Part shown: positions 1 to 12,137 of the stretch, in pieces
Numbering within the stretch: the stretch's first letter is position 1
Layout of the letters: every line of letters starts with the position of its first letter
Assembly (NCBI GenBank): GCA_026770705.1
Contig: JANJGN010000014.1
Coordinates: 126,356,001-126,420,000 of the forward strand
Direction of reading: 5' to 3'
From: Isurus oxyrinchus
Lineage: Eukaryota
Length of the DNA: 64,000 bases
Program-made: the position numbers and the translations under genes
The notes under the pieces: generated by a model
Database searches by the model: none
Told to the model about the DNA's origin: nothing
What the model saw: only the letters and a program-made list of their open reading frames with translations

Positions 1-37
1 CTCAATGTCTGCAGCCCAGGACTGTCCCATGGAAGAC

Positions 38-1100
38 ATGGCTCCCAAACAGAAGAAGCATGCTGCTCCTAAATATAATGGCGCCTTGCTGGGCACCTTC
101 TGGGCACCGTGGAGGACCGCCATGATGCCCTCTACCTGGGTCATGGCCAGAGGAGGTCCACCAATGCCACCGATCCAGCTTGGGAAGCAGTGGCAGCAGC
201 GGTCAGTGTTAATGCTGCAAAGACAAGGTCAGTAATCCAGTGCAGAAAGATGAAAGATCTCCTTCTTTCTTCCAGGGTTAGTCAAACTTCTCATCACTCT
301 CAACTCACACACTCACAAACCCATCAGGCATTTGTGGGAAGACACTCCACAGGGATCTCACCTGCTGCCGGTCAAGGGACATCACCACTCACTCACAGGC
401 ATCTTCACCTGTGCTCATATGCTGTGTAGCTCACGTCCTCATCCCATGCACCACCCACACAAGGCAGGCATCCGTATCCTCTGCCTTGGCATGTGTCCTG
501 CTCACACTATCTCCATTTGTCTTTATGGAGGACCAGCTGGCACACAATAGGAGGGAGGGGTCTCAGACTCGGGGGGTGGCGCAGTGGCTGAAATTAAGGC
601 CTCACTTCCTATGAGGCGTGTACCATCGCACTGGCTAGGGAGGACCAGGACCGTGTCTTTGGCAATGGTGAGATCAGTGGCACATGCCCAAGTGAGGATC
701 CAACACCAGCTGATCCCTTAGAGAACCATACTGTGAGTGTATTGTCGTGTCTTCAGGTCACCTACCATGCACTAATTATCTCTACTTTCTTTCATAGGCA
801 CTTCTGGAAAGCACACAAGGCTATCAACAAGCTAAGCCCTCAGCTCCAGCTCCAAGGACACCTCGGATGAGGAACCCGAGGATAGCACCTCGTCGCAGCG
901 CTCACCCACACCCTCCACCAACACAGGAGCACACACCTCGGTGGGACCTAGTTCTAGAGTAGCCTTGGGGTCACAAGCTGGTGAGCACAGCACAGGATCT
1001 GGTCTATAGCAGGCCGAGGCTGTGTCATCTGAGGTCACCGGCACTCACAGGTCTGCTGGAGGCCAGGATTCTGCTGGTCGCAGGCCAGCTGTACATTGAG
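38..1100 (+). pseudogene. Harbinger Myb/SANT-like DNA-binding protein gene remnant (spliced, frameshifted)
   Basis: Peptides ...VEDRHDALY...AWEAVAAAVSVNAAKTRSVIQCRKMKDLL (trihelix Myb/SANT pattern), a donor-like GT near 277, then QLAHNRREGSQTRG in a second exon near 530-670. Confidence 0.75.
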
Positions 1101-1106
1101 TGAGTT

Positions 1107-1713
1107 TTATGTGTTGGAGTGCCTGTTGCCAGGCTCATGAGTATGTTCGATGGCACCCTGCATCTGTGGGGATCCGGAAATCTGAGCAAAGCCCAGTGCT
1201 TTGGTGTCCTTGATCTCTAGTGAAGCCAATGTAATTGTGGGTCTCGGCAAAAAACAGCATCTGGAACTTCCTTTATGCACTTGTGCATCGAAGCTTGAGA
1301 GATTTTGCAGTGGTACCCAGAGGAGCCCTGGAAAGAACCACGCATAGAAGGTAAGATCGGCGGTGAATCCCAGAGCCTCTGGCAATGGATGTCCTCTCAG
1401 TCCCCATGGCATCAACTCCTGGAGAATGTGGCAGATGCCAGCCACTAGATTCTTGGATATGCGGAGGCGTCAGTGACACTGTTACTTGCTGCTCTACAGA
1501 AAGACATGCCTGTTCTCTACACCCTCGGTCTTGAGAGCCACCAATGTACCATGGTTCTGTGAGCATCACCCCCTGTGTCCAGAGGGGGCCCTGCTGCTCC
1601 TTGCTCCTGAGGGTGGAGCCCTCCCTTTGGCGAGCCTGGTGCCATGACAATCTTCTCCACCTTCTCTCCTGTATGGATGCGATTATGCAGGCAGTAATAA
1701 ACCCAACCTCCAT
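1107..1713 (-). pseudogene. Harbinger (HARBI1-like) transposase, N-terminal part
   Basis: RPRV..., ICHILQEL.P...GHPLP.A...TA.L.FYA and GFAQISGSPQMQGAIEHTH, a degenerate GFPxVxGAIDCTH first-Asp motif. Frameshifted and truncated. Confidence 0.8.
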
Positions 1714-4568
1714 CTCCCTGAAGGCCTCCTCTCTGTAGCATCAATGAGCAAGAGACATGTCAGTATTAGCCTCCAAAGGTCCAGCTTCTCTTGGTGACTA
1801 GTGAGTGGCTGTGGGTTCAAGGGCTTGGCTCTAGCGTCTGCACCTATTCACCACTGAAATCCTGGCCAGCACAAGGTACGTTTCAAGATGTTCCTCTACC
1901 CCATCCCCCTCCACTACTTTACATGACCGTCTGCTATGAGATTGTTTGACATGCTCTGGGATGCTCATTCACTGCACTCTAATGCTACACACTTTGGAAT
2001 ACACATGAGGTCTAATGTTCATTGAAGAACTGAGAGTATTTGAGAGGGAGGGCTGAGGCTTCTCACCTGTGAACCTGTCACTGCCAAGACCCATGAGCTC
2101 CTGCTTTTAAGACACATGTGCAGCTTGTCCAGCTGCCCGATTGAGCTTGACCTCATTATCGCACTGGGCAGTTGGCACTCTTACAACAAAGAGTTAGTAC
2201 AAGCAGATCAATTAGTGCCACAATTCATGATTAGAATGTGCTTCATTTCCTCACTCTCCTGATTCCCTGCATTGGCATTGAAAGCCTCCAGATGTGTCTC
2301 AGCAGCGCATCTCTCCTAATTTTGATATACAAAGTTCAGTTGGTGCCCCTTTAATCACCAAAACCCCCAATGCAGTGCACTATTCCTCTGATGGGACATC
2401 AGAGCCTTCACCAGCAGAGTTTTTCCTCAGTTTAATTTTGTACTGCACCATTGCTTCAGGTTGCAAGATGGTGGTGCCGAGTTCTCACTATCTGACCAGC
2501 TTGGACCCTCCTTGTGTAAGCGTGGAAATCCTTCCTGTCATCCTGGAGAAGCATAATGTTCAGGCTTCCCTCCCACCAATAACTCACCAGCCTCCTCCTC
2601 TGATGCTTGACCCTATTGTGATTGTGTTGGATATCCCTGAGTTACCCTCTGAGTTGTTTGAGGTGGATGTGCCTGTGCCCCATTTGGACCTTACCCCGGA
2701 CCCAACTTGAGGCCTATTGCACAGCGAAATATAGAGACCCACCCCCACCCTCATGAGACCTTTGAATGGGCCATCACTATCTTTTCCCTTGCAAAAGCCT
2801 ACCCTGGCTGTGAGTGTGCCATCTGTGGCCCATTATTAAGCCAGAAGCCCCCCAGACTTACGCACCTGATTTAACAACATGCCCTGTGCACAACATATTG
2901 GGCATGACTGGCACTGAACTGACATGCCCTCGTCCTCCCTGGACTAGGACAAGGACAGCCTTTGCAAGGTCATCAATGTAAACTGAAACACTTCATCACT
3001 CCGCCATCCTCCCATTCTGGCCCCAACTCATTTATGTCCCTCTCTAAGCCCTTGTCCTGCAGCCCCTTTCCTTGACTCTATCCACTTTCCACCCTCCACC
3101 AGTCAAGCCCTTGCCCTGCAGCACATTTCAAGCCACTGATAGTCTGGCAGGTGCAGCCTTGCATGTGAACCCCCCTGAAAGCATAATGGTGCTGCCTGCG
3201 AAACCTGGCGCTGATTCCGAGGTACTGCGAATGCTGCGCAATGTAATGTCAGGAAACAAATCTCAAAGTCATGAGCGAAGTGCAGGTTGCCAGGCGCACC
3301 TGGCTTTTATATGATTGTGAAAGATGATGACCTAATTAGATGCCAACCTGCCCTTTTGATCCAGCGTGGGGTTGGTGGGGGCTGCAGGGGTAGTAGGGGC
3401 TGGTTCTAGCAAGCTGCCATTATAATGAGTATGCATGATATTCAAATGTATTAAAATGACCTTCCTGACATGGTGCAGTGGGAAGTGCGTTCAGCCATTG
3501 ACATCAGGACCGAACGATCATAATCTGTTTTCAGTCTCGCAATGTTTTCCCTCCTGCCCACCACAGCACTCACCGCGAGTGGGATCTGAAAATCCTGGCC
3601 TTAGTCTTATTGGTCTCGTGTTTAGGGAGGTGCTTCCAACACCTCTTAGGCGAATCGGAAAGGATTCGAGGATAACCTGTACGTTAATGGCAATTCCTCT
3701 CTTACCTCATGCCAAAGTCTCTGTCTCTCTCTACTGCAACCTTGTGATGTTCCATTGACAGATAAAGGCTTTGGATGGGAAATTTTGCATTGATTGTTTA
3801 TTTTATGTGAGGAAGTGGTTGGTTCGTTCGTTCATGCTGTGAGGGCAGATAAAGGAAGAGCAGAGAAAGGTTTAACTGAAAGGAAAGAAAGCCTCGATGG
3901 ACCATGTCATCACTCAAGTCAAGAGAGGGGAAGCCTGTAGAGGTATTAGGGAGTAGTTCAGCTATCAGTCGTTTGTTCACACTTCAAAAAGGTGCAGCCA
4001 GGAATTGAAAGTTGGATAGGGGGAGTGCGACTACCATCTAATACCTAAATCAGGTGTAATGCCGCTTTACTATGCAAATTGGATCCTCCGTTTGTTGTAG
4101 GATCCTGATGCAAAACGTAGGAATAAACAGGCTGACCTTGTACCGTGTTATCTTCATTTAATTGAAGCAGGTCTTGAGTGACCTAACAAGTGTTCCTTAA
4201 AGGAACCACTGGAGATACACCACAAGCCACAGCATTGTTTCAGATTTTGTGAGGCTGAAAGAAGTATGATTGTGTTAGAGGGGAATGTAGGGGTACAGTA
4301 ACAATTTATTGTAAGGGAATGATACTGTTGGCATCTCCAAGAAGCTAGTGCCTGCAAGTACATAAACAGTTAAAAACCACCACATGAACCTTGTACACCC
4401 TCAGGGCCTGTGATCATCAGCAAGGTCCTGGGAACCAGGCTGGACATAGAGGAAGGCAAGTACAATAGATTAAAAACAAAAAAAACTGCGGATGCTGGAA
4501 ATCCAAAACAAAAACAGAATTACCTGGAAAAACTCAGCAGGTCTGGCAGCATCGGCGGAGAAGAAAAG

Positions 4569-4607
4569 AGTTGACGTTTGGAGTCCTCATGACCCTTCGA
4601 CAGAACT
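4569..4607 (-). ncRNA. Minimal hammerhead ribozyme motif (degenerate) in PLE pLTR
   Basis: Reverse strand reads AGTT-CTGTCGA-A-GGGTC-ATGAG-GACTC-CAAA-CG-TC-AACT; GAAA is mutated to CAAA. Confidence 0.6.
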
Positions 4608-5027
4608 TGAGTTCGAGTCCAAGAAAGATTTGAAATATAAGCTGGCTTAAGGTGTGTGTTGGGGGGGGGTGGGGGGGGGGGGGTGCGGGTGGAGACAGAG
4701 AGAGAGAGAGAGAGAGAAGTGGAGGGGGTTGGTGCGGTTGTATGGACAAACAAGCAGTGATAGAAGCAGATCATCAAAAGATGTCAACAACAATAGAACA
4801 AAAGAACACATAGGTGTTAAAGTTGGTGATATTATCTAAATGAATGTGCTAATTAAGAATGGATGGTAGGGCACTCAAGGTATAGTTCTAGTGGGGGTGG
4901 GGAGAGCATAAAAGGTTTTAAAATATTTAAAAGTAATGGAAATAAGTGGGAAAAGAAAAATCTATATAATTTATTGGAAAAAAAAGGAAGGGGTAAACAG
5001 AAAGGGGGTGGGGATGGGGGAGGGAGC

Positions 5028-7465
5028 TCAAGATCTAAAGTTGTTGAATTCAATATTCAGTCCGGAAGGCTGTAAAGTGCCTAGTCGGAAGATGAGGTGT
5101 TGTTCCTCCAGTTGCGTTGGGCTTCACTGGAACAATGCAGCAAGCCAAGGACAGACATGTGGGCAAGAGAGCAGGGTGGAGTGTTAAAATGGCAAGCGAC
5201 AGGGAGGTTTGGGTCATTCTTGCGGACAGACCGCAGGTGTTCTGCAAAGCGGTCGCCCAGTTTACGTTTAGTCTCTCCAATGTAGAGGAGACCACACTGG
5301 GAGCAACGAATGCAGTAGACTAAGTTGGGGGAAATGCAAGTGAAATGCTGCTTCACTTGAAAGGAGTATTTGGGCCCTTGGACGGTGAGGAGAGAGGAAG
5401 TGAAGGGGCAGGTGTTGCATCTTTTGCATGGGCATGGGGTGGTGCCATAGGAGGGGGTTGAGGAGTAGGGAGTGATGGAGGAGTGGACCAGGGTGTCCCG
5501 GAGGGAGCGATCCCTACAGAATGCCGATGGGGGGGTGAAGGGAAGATGTGTTTGGTGGTGGCATCATGCTGGAGTTGGCGGAAATGGCGGAGGATGATCC
5601 TTTGAATGCGGAGGCTGGTGGGTGATAAGTGAGGACAAGGGGGACCCTATCATGTTTCTGGGAGGGAGGAGAAGGCGTGAGGGCGGATGCGCGGGAGATG
5701 GGCCGGACACAGTTGAGGGCCCTGTCAACAACCGTGGGTGGAAAACCTTGGTTAAGGAAGAAGGAGGACATGTCAGAGGAACTGTTTTTGAAGGTAGCGA
5801 CATCGGAACAGATGCGACGGAGGTGAAGGAACTGAGAGAATGGGATGGAGTCCTTACAGGAAGCGGGGTGTGAGGAGCTGTAGTCGAGGTAGCTGTGGGA
5901 GTCGGTGGGTTTGTAATGGATATTGGTGGACAGTCTATCACCAGAGATTGAGACAGAGAGGTCAAGGAAGGGAAGGGAAGTGTCAGAGATGGACCACGTG
6001 AAAATGATGGAGGGGTGGAGATTGGAAGCAAAATTAATAAATTTTTCTAAGTACCGACGAGAGCATGAAGCAGCACCGAAGTAATCATCGATGTACCGGA
6101 GAAAGAGTTGTGGAAGGGGGCCGGAGTAGGACTGCAACAAGGAATGTTCCACATACCCCATAAAGAGACAGGCATAGCTGGGGCCCATGCGGGTACCCAT
6201 AGCCATGTTTGGAGGAAGTGAGAAGAGTTGAGGGAGAAATTGTTCAGTGTGAGAACAAGTTCAGCCAGACGGAGGAGAGTAGTGGTGGATGGGGATTGTT
6301 CGGGCCTCTGTTCGAGGAAGAAGCTAAGGGCCCTCAGACCATCCTGGTGGGGGATGGAGATGTAGAGGGATTGGACGTCCATGGTGAAGAGGAAGCGGTT
6401 GGGGCCAGGGAACTGGATATTGTTGATGTGACGTAAGGTGTCAGAGGAATCATGGATGTAGGTGGGAAGGGACTGGACAAGGGGAGAGAGAAGGGAGTCA
6501 AGATAACAAGAAATGAGTTCTGTGGGGCAGGAGCAAGCTGAGACGATCAGTCTACTGGGGCAGTTCTGTTTGTGGATTTTGGGTAGGAGGTAGAAGCGGG
6601 CCGTCCGAGGTTGGGCCACTATCAGGTTGAAAGCTGTGGGAGGAAGATCCCCAGAGGAGATGAGGTCAGTGGCAGTCCTGGAAACAATGGCTTGATGTTC
6701 AGTGGTGGGGTCCTGGTCCAGGGAGAGGTAGGAGGAAGTGTCTGCGAGTTGACGCTCAGCCTCCGCGAGGTAGAGGTCAGTGCGCCAGACAGCAACAGCA
6801 CCACCCTTGTCAGCGGGTTTGATGACAATGTCAGGATTGGACCTGAGAGAATGGAGTGCAGTAAGTTCAGAGAGAGACAGGTTAGAATGGGTGAGAGGAG
6901 CAGAGAAATTGAGACAACTAATGTCGCGCCGACAGTTCTCAATGAAAAGATCAAGAGAAGGTAAGAATCCAGAGGGAGGGGTCCAGGTGGAGGGAGAATA
7001 TTGGAGATGGGTAAAAGGATCCGTTGAACTGGGAGAGGGCTCCTGCCCAAAGAAGTGAGCCCGGAGACGAAGACGGCGGAAGAAGAGTTCAGTATCATGC
7101 CGAGCCTGAAATTCATTGAGGTGGGGGCGTAAGTGTATGAAGCTAAGTCCTTTGCTGAGCACTGAACGTTCAGCATCGGAGAGGGGAAGGTCAAGGGGTA
7201 TAGTGAATACACGGCTGGGGCTGGGATTGGAAGATGGGGTGGGGACGGGGGGACGGGCAGGGGTGGAGGGTCCTAGTTGGGTGTTGGTGTCGATGAGTTG
7301 TTGGAGCTTGCGTTCCTTAGCACTTGAGAGAAAGAGAAAAAGTTTCTTGTTGAGGCGTCGGATGAGCTGAAGAATAAAATGAAACTGGGGGCACGTGCAG
7401 CTTTGAGAAAGGGTACGGCAGTGCTGCTGGAGGGAGAGGTCGAGTGTGTTCATATGGTGGCGCAT
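5028..7465 (-). pseudogene. PLE reverse transcriptase + GIY-YIG endonuclease, frameshifted
   Basis: IKPADKGG, FYLLPKIHK, MDVQSLY, AMGTRMGP, RYIDD, LPFLD, NLVYCIRCSQCGLLYIGET. Small deletions near 6206 and 5620 relative to the copy at 27.5-29 kb break the frame. Confidence 0.93.
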
Positions 7466-7966
7466 GGCACTGAGTGTGGATTTCAGAATGTGACAGGAAC
7501 AGCAGTCCGAGAAACGTTTTATGTCCCAGAGATACCTGTAATCCTGGGTGCATACAATAGATTAGCTGTCCTAGGAGTCAGACTGGAGACTTAGGTTGTA
7601 GAAACAACTAAGACTGAGCCTGTTTTCAGCACATAGGGAAAGAACAGATGGTCCCAGCATAGATAGGAGGGAAGGTCCCTGCCTGGGTGAAAATAGGGAC
7701 ATACGATGCATGTACCTGTTACCAGAGATGCCTGTTTAATGTAAACCTATATGTTGATGAGATCAGAATTTGGAGAATGTTCTTGTATGTGACCAATAAT
7801 GTATAAATATGCTGAACATTTGTAATTTAGCAGAGTGCTATCTCAAGCTGCATTGAGATGGTTCTCTTCTTGTATTTGCTTGAATAAACGATCATGACCT
7901 GTACCTGAGACTCCTGTGGTCCGTTTGTCAAAGTTACCACATCAATTGCTTCTCCCTTCTCCACAG

Positions 7967-8160
7967 AAATACTGTGCACCACTGCCATCCCGGAGCTGGT
8001 GCCCCTCAGCTTTTCCTCTCCCCACACCCTTCCAAATGTCAGGACGTACCTTCAGGTATCAGAGCCAATGATGATTTGCCAGGCCCTGACCAGCAAGGTG
8101 CACCAAGGTGTCCATTTGGTTCCAGCAGCTCAACGTTACTATTCAAACAAGGAAGTCTAA
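7967..8160 (+). other. Candidate terminal coding exon of an unidentified host gene
   Basis: Pyrimidine tract plus CAG (TTGCTTCTCCCTTCTCCACAG), then an open frame ILCTTAIPELVPLSFSSPHTLPNVRTYLQVSEPMMICQALTSKVHQGVHLVPAAQRYYSNKEV* in non-repeat-looking DNA. No homolog recognised. Confidence 0.3.
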
Positions 8161-8312
8161 TGCCAAACTAATCTTGCGCCTCAGAGAAACAGGGTCTGTT
8201 TTGGACGCAAGTCAAATTTCTCCTCCATTGCATCTAAACCTGGTGCGTGGACAGAATTGCTTTAATACCAAGGAGTTCTATGGCAGGATTATTGGTGAAG
8301 AAATAAAAACTT

Positions 8313-8640
8313 TTTAAAATTCTTTCATGGGATGTGGGTGTCACTGGCAAGGCCAGCATTTGCTGCCCATCCCTAATTGCCCTTGAATTGAGTGACTTGT
8401 AAGGCCATTTCAGAGGGCAGTTAGAGTCAACTACATTGCTGTGGCTGTGGAGTCACTTGTAGGCCAGACCAGGTAAGGATGGCAGATTTACATTAGTAAT
8501 CCAGATGAGATTTTTGGGACAATTGAAGGTAGTTTCATGGCATAATTACTGAGATGAGCTTTCAATTCCAGATTTTATTTATTTAATTAATTAATTAATT
8601 TAGATTGCACCAACTGCCACGGTGGACTTTGAACTCCTGT
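8313..8640 (-). mobile_element. tRNA-derived SINE sharing its 3' tail with the LINE at 21.3-23.5 kb
   Basis: Reverse complement of the copy at 33425-33820. Confidence 0.75.
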
Positions 8641-8814
8641 TTAAACTACCTGTTTCGTATCTTATGGCATCTGGTGTTATTGGTTTTCAGTATAGAAATT
8701 CAACATATATCCTGATGGATTAGCTGACCTGTCTATTTCTTTTATGTAAATTTCAGTTTCTTCACTCTCGCTGGAATAATTTGCCTTGATTTGATTCAGG
8801 ACATTATATTTGCA

Positions 8815-9135
8815 ACTTTAAACTCTCCAAGGTTTCTTCAACAGCACCTATCAAACTTATGATCCCCACCCCGAGAAGTACAAGATGCATGGGAACGGCA
8901 CCAACTGCAAGTCACACACTAGCCACCCTGACTTGGAAATATAATGCTGCTCCTTCATCATCACTGGGCCAAAATTCCAGAAATCCCTACTAAACATCGC
9001 TGTGGATGCATCTTCACCAGAAGGACTGCAACATTTCAAGAAGATGGCTCAGCACTAACTTCTCAATGGCAGTTAAGAATGGACAATAAAAGCCGCCCTT
9101 GCCACTGATGGCCATATCCTGGAAATGAATAATTA
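8815..9135 (+). mobile_element. LINE 3' end fragment (same family as 21.3-23.5 kb)
   Basis: Matches 32780-33090 and 44770-45080. Confidence 0.7.
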
Positions 9136-10270
9136 GAAATAATAAACTGTAAGGAGCATGGAATCTTCAACTTGTCTCCCAATATGTTCCAAGAGCACAG
9201 CAATACTGTATTCACCGCTCTCAGCCCATGATCTCTAACTGATTGTGTATAATTTTGACATATGCTCCTTTTAGCAAGTCCTAGTTGTGGAGAATTCCCC
9301 TCCCATCGCCACCTCATGCCATGATTATTTAATCCTTTGACTTTTGATTTGGTCCACTGGGAAAATGGCTTTTTTTAAAGGAATTGGTCTGTTCGATTTT
9401 TGTGGTGTAATCAACTTGATTAAATCAATTCAGGTACACATAAGGGGTGCTTTTAATCACACTTGGCTGACACCTGCCAAGAGATAGCGAGATAGAAAGA
9501 GAGAGAGATTGAAAGCAAGGGAGGTGAAAAAATTCTAAAGGACAATCCAATCAAATTGGTCATATTCATACTGTACAGTCAAAGTGCCTAATCTCCTGTG
9601 AGCTTTACTTAACCAATGGTCAGCCATTTTTAGAAATGTTCTTTCTTGTTTCCTCTGAGTTGAAAGCACACCATTCTACTTGCTCTTTAACTCCCTACTC
9701 CCTGATTGCATTGAAATTAAAATGCATTTTAAAAAGCTGCAAGAATGTGGAATTAATTAGTGTGGGCTGAGTGGGAAATTCTTTGAAAGAGTCGACACAG
9801 GAACAATGGGCCGAATAGCCTCCTTTGCTGCTGTTTGATTCTACCATCATTGGGCCTATAAAGCACATGGCTAACTTCAATGACTCAATTCTGCCTGTAT
9901 GAGTTCTATTGGGAAGTAATTAACCATGGACCACAGGCATCTGGCTCCATTATATAGCTTGAGGGGCACCGGTTCACAGGCTTCCATGAGCTACCACAGC
10001 CCAGTGATTGAACCCATGCTGTTGACATCATTCTGTATCACACTCCAGCCATCTAGCCAACTGAGTTAGCCAATTGACTTCACAGGGCAATTAGCAAACA
10101 AAAGTTGACACTGAGCCAGCTAAGGGGATATTACGGCAGATAGTGAAAGCTTGCTAAAGATCTAGGTTCTATGGAGACTCTTAAAGAAGAAGTGGCCGAG
10201 AAAGGTGAAATGGTTAAGGGAGGGAGTTCCAGGATTTAGGGCTTAGGCAGCTGAAGTCTTGGTCTCCAAA

Positions 10271-10792
10271 AAAATTCAACAACTTTAGGTCTTGAACTCA
10301 CTCCTCCATCCCCACCCCCTTTCTGTTTCCTCCCCCTTCCTTTTGTTTTTTCCAATAATTTATATAGATTTTTCTTTTCCCACCTATTTCCATTAATTTT
10401 AAATCTTTTATGCTCCCCCCACCCCCACTAGAGCTATACCTTGAGTGCCCTACCATCCATTCTTAATTAGCACATTCGTTTAGATAATATCACCAACTTC
10501 AACACCTCTGTGTTCTTTTGTTCTTTTGTCTGTGACATCTTTTGATGATCTGCTCCTATCACTGCTTGCTTGTCCCTTTCAACCACACCACCCCCTTCAC
10601 TTCTCTTCCCCCACCCCCCCACCTTAAACCAGGTTATATTTCAGCCCTCTCCTTGGATTCACCTAGTTCTGTTGAAGGGTCATGAGGACTCGAAACGTCA
10701 ACTCTTTTCTTCTCCGCCGATGCTGCCAGACCTGCTGAGTTTTTCCAGGTAATTCTGTTTTTGTTTTGGATTTCCAGTTTTTTGTTTTTATC
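10271..10792 (+). mobile_element. Neptune-type PLE 3' end / pseudo-LTR
   Basis: Closely similar to 29005-29545; 14-bp TSD TCTTGGTCTCCAAA at 10257-10270 and 10793-10806. Confidence 0.92.
10665..10703 (+). ncRNA. Minimal type I hammerhead ribozyme motif (variant core CUGUUGA)
   Basis: AGTT-CTGTTGA-A-GGGTC-ATGAG-GACTC-GAAA-CG-TC^-AACT: stem I AGTT/AACT, stem II GGGTC/GACTC, palindromic ACGT at stem III, GUC cleavage triplet. Confidence 0.7.
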
Positions 10793-10856
10793 TCTTGGTC
10801 TCCAAAGTTGGAGCAATGAAAGCCAGGGATGCTCAAGAAGTACAGTAGTTTTGAGA

Positions 10857-12137
10857 TGTAAACAGGGAGGGAAAGGGTACCTTTGCATTTTTTTGAATAG
10901 ACCATTCAAGAAGGGCAGTGAAATCTTGCACATAGAGAGACCAGGTAATGTTTATATTGCTAATAAAATTGGTACTATGAAAGGGGTTTTTTATTGTTCG
11001 AAGAGGTGGAGTTCAAAGGGCCTGATGATACAATGAAAGTTTATATTCAAATAGAAGTGCTGGATATAACAAAAAAGCAGTTTTGTGTGTGCAGAGCAGA
11101 GGCATGTAACATCAAAGCAGCTGTAAGCCTACAACTATCTGCAAAGAAATCAAAGTGAAAGGAACGTCATTTTGAATTTGTAAGGTGAAAATGCTTTGCC
11201 TGGTGTCTGCTTAAAGTCTATGGGTTGTTGTTGCCCTAATGGGGGTTAGTTTGGGAATTTATTAAAAAGCTATGATAGCAGTAATTTGTAACCATGTGTA
11301 CATGTTTAACTGGTATAAATCAATAAATGTTGCATGCGGTTTGATATAAAAACCTCTTGAGAACTGGTGGTCTTAGTCATAGAATCACAGAATCACAGTG
11401 CAGAAGAGGCCCTTCGGCCCATCGAGTCTGCACCGACATGTGAGAAACACCTGACCTACCAACTTAATCCCATTTACCAGCACTTGGCCCATAGCCTTGA
11501 ATGTTATGATGTGCCAAGTGCTCATCCTGGTACTTTTTAAAGGATGTGAGGCAACCCGCCTCCACCACCCTCCCAGGCAACGCATTCAAAACCGTCACCA
11601 CCCTCTGGGTAAAAAAGTTTTTCCTCACATCGCCCCTAAACCTCCTGCCCCTCACCTTGAATTTATGCCCCCTTGTGAATGACCCTTCAACTAAGGGGAA
11701 CAGCTGCTCCCTATCCACCCTGTCCATGCCCCTCATAATCTTGTACACCTCGATCAGGTCGCCCCTCAGTCTTCTCTGATCCAACGAAAACAACCCAAGT
11801 CTATCCAACCTCTCTTCATAACTTAAATGTTTCATCCTAGGCAACATCCTGGTGAATCTCCTCTGCACCCCCTCCAGTGCAATCACATCCTTCCTATAAT
11901 GTGGCGACCAGAACTGCACACAGTACTCCAGCTGTGGCCTCACCAAGGTTCTATACAACTCCAACATGACCTCCCTACTTTTGTAATCTATGCCTCGATT
12001 GATAAAGGCAATTACTGAACTTTGAGCTGCAGCTTAAACATGCAACTTGAAAATATCGGTAATGACAGTTTCCCTGTGTAAAGTTTCCCTCTGAGATTTT
12101 AAATAGCTCAGCCTTTACCAACTGCTATGTTGTAACA
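10857..12137 (+). mobile_element. Old LTR-like repeat interrupted by a CR1
   Basis: AATAAA near 11322 and ends TGTAACA. A related sequence lies in reverse at about 37590-38180. Left boundary uncertain. Confidence 0.45.
11376..12010 (-). mobile_element. CR1 LINE 3' fragment (young)
   Basis: LYRTLVRPQLEYCVQFWSPHY...LEGVQRRFTRM...TRGH.FK...FFTQRVV; short tandem-repeat tail; near-identical to 20260-20870. Confidence 0.93.

Larger units (their letters stand above)
1..3600. mobile_element. Decayed PIF/Harbinger DNA transposon (left end outside window)
   Basis: Convergent Myb/SANT-like and DDE-nuclease remnants. TIR-like GAAAATCCTGGCC at 3588-3600 is followed by TTA and matches the MITE termini elsewhere in the window. 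1750-3070 is not interpretable, so continuity across it is inferred. Confidence 0.65.
4473..7552 (-). mobile_element. Penelope-like element, Neptune type, young 5'-truncated copy
   Basis: RT and GIY-YIG coding sequence plus 3' pseudo-LTR; 12-bp target-site duplication TACAATAGATTA at 4461-4472 and 7553-7564. Confidence 0.93.
4277..7941 (+). mobile_element. 3' LTR (about 560 bp net) of an LTR retroelement/ERV, split by a PLE insertion
   Basis: Polypurine tract AGAGGGGAA (4277-4285), then TG at 4286; TATA-like GTATAAAT near 7801, AATAAA near 7883, ends ...TTACCACA at 7941. Confidence 0.55.

Noticed and set aside
4660-4720. G-runs and (GA)n tract (G-quadruplex potential)
   Set aside because: Ordinary variable simple-sequence part of the PLE pLTR, also seen near 10590 and 29330.
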